In this document: positions 63,842 to 64,000 of the stretch, in pieces
How positions within the stretch are numbered: position 1 is the stretch's first letter
Layout of the letters: each line of letters opens with the position of its first letter
Source: Eledone cirrhosa
Lineage: Eukaryota
Direction of reading: 5' to 3'
Assembly (NCBI GenBank): GCA_964016885.1
Contig: OZ024741.1
Span: 369,768,001 to 369,832,000, forward strand
DNA length: 64,000 bases
The notes under the pieces: model-generated
What the model was told of the DNA's origin: nothing
Databases searched by the model: none
What the model saw: only the letters and a program-made list of their open reading frames with translations
Program-made: the position numbers and the translations under genes

Positions 63842-64000
63842 CTTTCATGTTTTTTCTGCTAACTCCCCCCTCACCTCCCTCGGAGTTCCTCCCCCACTCT
63901 GCTGATGAAGGACTTGTGTTGGAAATGTCGTAATCAACCAAGCGTGAAGCTAAAACACCATGTAGCATTTACCCCTGCGTTTGTTTGTTTATTTGTTATT
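63755..64000 (+). mobile_element. pLTR-like fragment with a degenerate HHR
   Basis: CTGATGA-aggacttgtgttg-GAAA-tgtc at 63902-63929; stem II imperfect. Confidence 0.4.

Overview
Repeat-dominated animal genomic DNA, probably a cephalopod/mollusc (inferred from the SINE types and the extreme (TA)n/(CA)n load). No host protein-coding gene can be supported. The window holds at least four distinct lineages of Penelope-like retroelements (PLEs; RT plus C-terminal GIY-YIG endonuclease), a nearly complete L1/Tx1-clade LINE sitting in a (TATC)n microsatellite, a CRE-like LINE fragment, a hAT/Buster remnant, MITEs, tRNA-derived SINEs, two minisatellites and a 200-nt assembly gap. Three things stand out. 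(1) About ten short non-coding fold-back elements, each made of two head-to-head copies of a PLE-like pLTR whose outer ends run into (TA)n or (CT)n; several carry a minimal hammerhead ribozyme (HHR). (2) A Neptune-like PLE whose coiled-coil-like ORF1 joins an ATG-less RT ORF through an in-frame U_UUU_UUA -1 slippery site. (3) Two HHRs with a compensatory U3-A8 core. All structure calls and alignments were made by eye.
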